Below, piece after piece: positions 60,752 through 64,000 of a stretch of DNA of 64,000 nucleotides. The position numbers were made by a program, and so were the translations under genes. The notes under the pieces were generated by a model that was given only the letters and a program-made list of their open reading frames with translations, had not been told where the DNA came from and searched no databases. How positions within the stretch are numbered: the stretch's first letter is position 1; each line of letters opens with the position of its first letter. The stretch is from Pseudomonadales bacterium (lineage in GTDB: Bacteria; Pseudomonadota; Gammaproteobacteria; Pseudomonadales; Azotimanducaceae): positions 18,498-82,497 of the forward strand of contig JAJECH010000062.1 in the NCBI GenBank assembly GCA_022822135.1, read 5' to 3'.

Positions 60752-61050
60752 TGGTGCCCGAGGCCGGAGTCGAACCGGCACGGATTAACTCCGAGGGATT
60801 TTCATACCACTACGGCTTTCGCCGCCGACAAATTTCGTTTGTGGTCTGGACTTTCTCTTCACCATAGCTACAAACCGTAGGTGGAGGCCGTCAAGTCTCT
60901 ACACTTCTCGCTCGGGTGAGCGATTTAGCTCGGGATTGCCAGTCAAGCGACGCAGGTTTCCCCGAATTTGACCTCATTCACGACGACGGTTTCCCGTCGA
61001 GTGCTCAAGCTTATTAAGTCCCTTGCGTCTACCAATTTCGCCACTCGGGC
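60752..61050 (-). tRNA. tRNA-Leu (UAA) gene interrupted by a group I intron; the exons join to an 86-nt tRNA with CCA
   Basis: The 5' exon (61050..61016) is GCCCGAGTGGCGAAATTGGTAGACGCAAGGGACTT. The 3' exon (60802..60752) is AAAATCCCTCGGAGTTAATCCGTGCCGGTTCGACTCCGGCCTCGGGCACCA. The acceptor GCCCGAG/CTCGGGC, the anticodon stem AGGGA/TCCCT, the joined loop CTTAAAA, a long variable arm and a TTCGACT T-loop are all present. Confidence 0.85.
60803..61015 (-). ncRNA. Group I intron (IC3-like, 213 nt, no ORF) in the tRNA-Leu anticodon loop
   Basis: It is inserted after U34. P1 has a U-G pair at the splice site (CUU|AA with UUGAG). P2 is CGACGG-GAAA-CCGTCG. The core strings TCAAATTCGGGGAAACC, GGCAATCCCGAGCTAA and GTGTAGAGACTTGACGGCC..CCACCTACGG are present. 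The last nucleotide is G. Confidence 0.8.
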
Positions 61051-61115
61051 ACGCAGCGTAATTATCGCAAAGCGCAAGGCTGATAAACGTAATGGCTATG
61101 TCGGCGTGGCTAGGC

Positions 61116-62024
61116 TCATGTCGCAGTAGTAGTATCTTCGATAACTCGCCGGCGATTTACGACGTATAAACCGAGAAAAATCATGGCGATCCCGATGAAC
61201 GCGGTGAAGTGGATCGATTCACCAAGTATCGTGATGATCAAGACGAGCGAGATGATCGGTGATAGAAAGATCAGCTGGCTTAACCTCGCAACACTTGATG
61301 TTCTCGACATAGCTCGCTGCCAAAGTAGGAAAGCGAATCCCATTTCGAGGAGTCCAATCCACGCGCCATAACCGAAGTTTGACGGAGTCAGCGGTGGAAA
61401 TCCTTCTGTAAAGTAACAGAGAACGGTCAATATCGGAACAGCGACACTAAACCCATACCACATGAACCACCATGGTTCGAGTCGTATCGCCACGCTCCAG
61501 ATCCAATAGATTGCCCAGACCAAGGTACTGGCTATCGCAAGCGCAACGCCCAATCCGTCGAACCCGAGCGTCCCGGTTAACTGCCCTTTCGTAACGAGTA
61601 GGAGTACCCCCATGTATCCAATACATATGCCGACGAATGTGCTTCGGTGTAGTTTTTGGCGCAACATGGGTATCGCGAGTAGCGCAGTCACGATTGCCCA
61701 TGTGTAGTTCAACGGTTGCGCAACGTGCGCTGGCAGCAAGTCGTATGCGGTAAGCAACACAATGTAGTAAAGCAGCGGGTTTAGAAGCCCGAGCAGGCAC
61801 GCTTTGAATACATGAGTTATCTCGCGCGGTTGCGAGGGTAAAACTGCACAACAAATAGAAAACAAGACCCAAGAGAAGCAACTGCCGATCCATAGCAGTT
61901 GAATAGGCTCCATGTTGCGCAACCCGAGCTTGAATCCCACTGCAACGGTCGACCACATCATCACAGCGGTAAGTCCCATCAGCATGGGTCTACTCAAGAC
62001 CGGTGGCATAGGTGTCGTGGGCAA
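61116..62024 (-). CDS. DMT-superfamily (EamA-like) transporter
   Basis: It has about ten predicted TM helices in two EamA-like halves. Confidence 0.8.
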   Translation of the reverse strand: MPTTPMPPVLSRPMLMGLTAVMMWSTVAVGFKLGLRNMEPIQLLWIGSCFSWVLFSICCAVLPSQPREITHVFKACLLGLLNPLLYYIVLLTAYDLLPAHVAQPLNYTWAIVTALLAIPMLRQKLHRSTFVGICIGYMGVLLLVTKGQLTGTLGFDGLGVALAIASTLVWAIYWIWSVAIRLEPWWFMWYGFSVAVPILTVLCYFTEGFPPLTPSNFGYGAWIGLLEMGFAFLLWQRAMSRTSSVARLSQLIFLSPIISLVLIITILGESIHFTAFIGIAMIFLGLYVVNRRRVIEDTTTAT

Positions 62025-62144
62025 AGGTAGCTTCTATCTCGAAAGTAGAATCTTAGCTGCACGAATGTCCTGCGTGAGCGCACCTTGTTGGGTGTGATCC
62101 GCGATGCGGCATTTCTATTCTGATTCAATTCTCGAGAGGACTCC

Positions 62145-62624
62145 ATGAGTATTTCGCAAGGCGACGCAGTGCCCGATGTAACGGTGCAAGTGATGAAAGA
62201 TGGCCGACCAGGTCCCGTATCGTTACGTGACTTGACATCTGGTAAGAAGGTCGTTCTATTCGCCGTTCCCGGGGCATTTACGCCAACGTGCTCATTGCAA
62301 CACCTTCCGGGCTTCGTAAACAAAGCCGACGAAATAAAAGCGAAAGGCGTCGACGAGATCATTTGTACGGCCGTGAACGACGCCTTTGTGATGGATGCCT
62401 GGGGTCAGTCGCAGTCCGCTGATGCGATTAGCATGGTAGCGGATGGCAACGGTGCGCTTGCGAGTGCGCTCGGGTTGGAAATGGATGGTTCTGGGTTTGG
62501 TTTAGGTACTCGATCGCAAAGGTACGCCATGGTGATTGACGATGGTGTCGTCACAAAGCTCGCGGTTGAAGCACCTGGAGCATTCGAGGTCAGTAGCGCC
62601 GAAGCGATTTTGGCCGACCTCTGA
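62145..62624 (+). CDS. Peroxiredoxin, Prx5-like subfamily
   Basis: The VPGAFTPTCS peroxidatic-Cys motif is present. The size is 159 aa. Confidence 0.9.
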   Translation: MSISQGDAVPDVTVQVMKDGRPGPVSLRDLTSGKKVVLFAVPGAFTPTCSLQHLPGFVNKADEIKAKGVDEIICTAVNDAFVMDAWGQSQSADAISMVADGNGALASALGLEMDGSGFGLGTRSQRYAMVIDDGVVTKLAVEAPGAFEVSSAEAILADL

Positions 62625-62636
62625 TTCCACATTCTT

Positions 62637-62672
62637 AGGGATTACGCGGGTCGACGACGAAATCCCTTTTGT
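62637..62672 (+). terminator. Possible rho-independent terminator after the peroxiredoxin gene
   Basis: The AGGGATT...AATCCCT stem is followed by TTTTGTT. The 17-nt loop is long, so the call is weak. Confidence 0.4.
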
Positions 62673-62766
62673 TGACAGCGCGTGAATTGTCGATGGGCTT
62701 CGACAGGACTGACTGTTCGAGTCTTCGTTCGCGCGAGAAACACAACCAAAACGAAGGATTAACGCG

Positions 62767-63381
62767 ATGGGTTTAGAGATATTTGGATATAGCCAAAGTA
62801 GGGCGTTCCGCACGCTCTGGATGGCTGAAGAAATTAAAGCGGCTAGGGGAATAGATTTCGAACATAGCAATTCGAGTCCAATGCCCGGACCTGAACTTGA
62901 CCAGTTACTTAAGCTGAATCCGATGGGTCAAGTACCCGTTATTCGCAACGATGGATTTCTGTTGCGCGAATCGATGGCGATCAATCTCTATCTCGCGAAG
63001 AAATATGAGGTGCTCGCACTCAATTCACTTGAGGACGAAGCCTTGGCGTCGCAGTGGTCTTTTTGGGTTATGACCGCCGTCGAATCGCACACCCTCGAAG
63101 CGCTCAAGTACAAACTTGGGATGATGGGAGTTGAGCAGAGTGACGCGAAAGTAGACGCTGAGATGGAGGCGTTGAGTCGTCCGCTTGAGGTACTCGAAAA
63201 CCATCTAAGCTCTCACACGCAGCTGATTGGTGAATTCTTCAGTGTTGCGGATCTAAATGTCGCGTCCGTCCTCATGTGGCTTCGTATGGGCGGCATTGAT
63301 ACTTCGAAGTACGAAGTATTAAGTGCGTGGTTAGATCGCTGCCTGGGGCGTGAAGCGGTCACGGCTGCCCGACAACATTGA
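62767..63381 (+). CDS. Glutathione S-transferase family protein
   Basis: It has an N-terminal thioredoxin-like GST domain (NPMGQVPVIRNDGFLLRESMAI) and a helical C-terminal domain. Confidence 0.85.
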   Translation: MGLEIFGYSQSRAFRTLWMAEEIKAARGIDFEHSNSSPMPGPELDQLLKLNPMGQVPVIRNDGFLLRESMAINLYLAKKYEVLALNSLEDEALASQWSFWVMTAVESHTLEALKYKLGMMGVEQSDAKVDAEMEALSRPLEVLENHLSSHTQLIGEFFSVADLNVASVLMWLRMGGIDTSKYEVLSAWLDRCLGREAVTAARQH

Positions 63382-63406
63382 GCGAACAGCCGTTTCGTGT
63401 TCGGTT

Positions 63407-64000
63407 CTAGTTGATCTGAACGTTTCGGATCGACTTGACGGTGCGAATGTAGGGTTCAGCCATACCGTAAGTACTGGTGAGCATTTGGCTCTGCGCGGAA
63501 GCAAGCTGTTTACTTTCGAACGTACCAGCAATCACGATGTAGAAGGTCTTGCCCTTTGATTGCGTTTTGACGCGCATCAGATCAAGCGACGGATACGAAC
63601 TGAGAAAGTCAGAAGACAATCCATAGTTCGTGAATGCTGCTAGCTGAACCGCATAGTCGTAGTCGCCGCCTAGACCATCAATTGGTATATCGGGATTCGT
63701 TCGTGATGCAGCTCGTCGTGCGGTTGTCGTTCCTCGTGTGTCAGAACGGGGTACTTGCATAACAACCACTGGTTGCCGAGGTGTCGCTACGGGAACCGGT
63801 GCAGTCGGAGTCGAAGTTTGGCGTATCGTTTGTCGAGACGCTGTATCCGTTGGTTTCGCGCTCAACCGCTCAGATGGACGCGCGCCGATAGCGACGAGCG
63901 GTTGTGAGCTAGTGGTTGTGCGGTTCGTGGTAGGTGTAGGGTTCGACTCGACGACTTGAGCTGGTTTTGTCGCAACATTTTCTGATGCTTCAGCCGTTGA
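63407..64000 (-). CDS. SPOR-domain protein, N-terminus outside the window
   Basis: The C-terminal SPOR-like domain is YAVQLAAFTNYG...FYIVIAGTFESKQLA. It is preceded by a Pro/Thr/Arg-rich linker. By manual translation the frame stays open to nt 64000. Confidence 0.75.
   Translation of the reverse strand, partial: STAEASENVATKPAQVVESNPTPTTNRTTTSSQPLVAIGARPSERLSAKPTDTASRQTIRQTSTPTAPVPVATPRQPVVVMQVPRSDTRGTTTARRAASRTNPDIPIDGLGGDYDYAVQLAAFTNYGLSSDFLSSYPSLDLMRVKTQSKGKTFYIVIAGTFESKQLASAQSQMLTSTYGMAEPYIRTVKSIRNVQIN

Noticed and set aside
60752-61050. At first glance the tRNA-like 3' end (…GGTTCGACTCCGGCCTCGGGCACCA) followed by ~250 nt of structured RNA suggested a tmRNA (ssrA) gene.
   Set aside because: The 5' end is a complete tRNA-Leu acceptor, D-arm and anticodon stem rather than a tmRNA 5' end. 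There is no resume codon or ANDENYALAA-like tag ORF. The internal sequence matches group I intron core elements instead.

Overview
This 64-kb chromosomal window is densely coding. Gene order and content (TonB2-type cluster, long-form PstC/PstA, roughly 50% GC by eye) suggest a marine gammaproteobacterium, but that is inference only. Most of it is conserved housekeeping synteny. In order: lepA-rnc-rnc-era-recO, relA, then rluC / maf / yceD-rpmF-plsX-fabD-fabG-acpP-fabF-mltG-tmk-holB. Next come pepQ, a three-subunit molybdenum hydroxylase, and a small accessory patch (hypothetical protein, PhoX, MoaD-like protein, ribokinase, HAD, crotonase, SDR). A single translationally coupled phoB-phoR-pstSCAB-phoU unit lies on the minus strand. 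After it come dienelactone hydrolase, a six-gene TonB2-type energiser cluster, and ribE-pyrF-thiD-thiE-(tenI-like). A TPP riboswitch drives thiC-thiO-thiS-thiG, followed by gcdH, uvrC, a lipoprotein, pgsA and tRNA-Cys. The right end holds CHY zinc finger-hyuA-hyuB, a GC-rich HigBA islet, an interrupted tRNA-Leu, an EamA transporter, a peroxiredoxin, a GST and a partial SPOR protein. The strongest finding is that the tRNA-Leu(UAA) gene (60752..61050, minus strand) is split in its anticodon loop by a 213-nt group I intron closely resembling the Azoarcus / cyanobacterial IC3 tRNA introns. Other notable points are two divergent tandem RNase III genes where lepB normally sits, a RelA lacking the zinc-finger (CC) domain, a decayed HigBA islet bounded by a repeat of the tRNA-Leu 3' end, a 41-codon C-terminal relic of a second phoX, and a TenI-like second ThiE paralog. 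I saw no CRISPR array, transposase, integrase or obvious multi-gene defence system.
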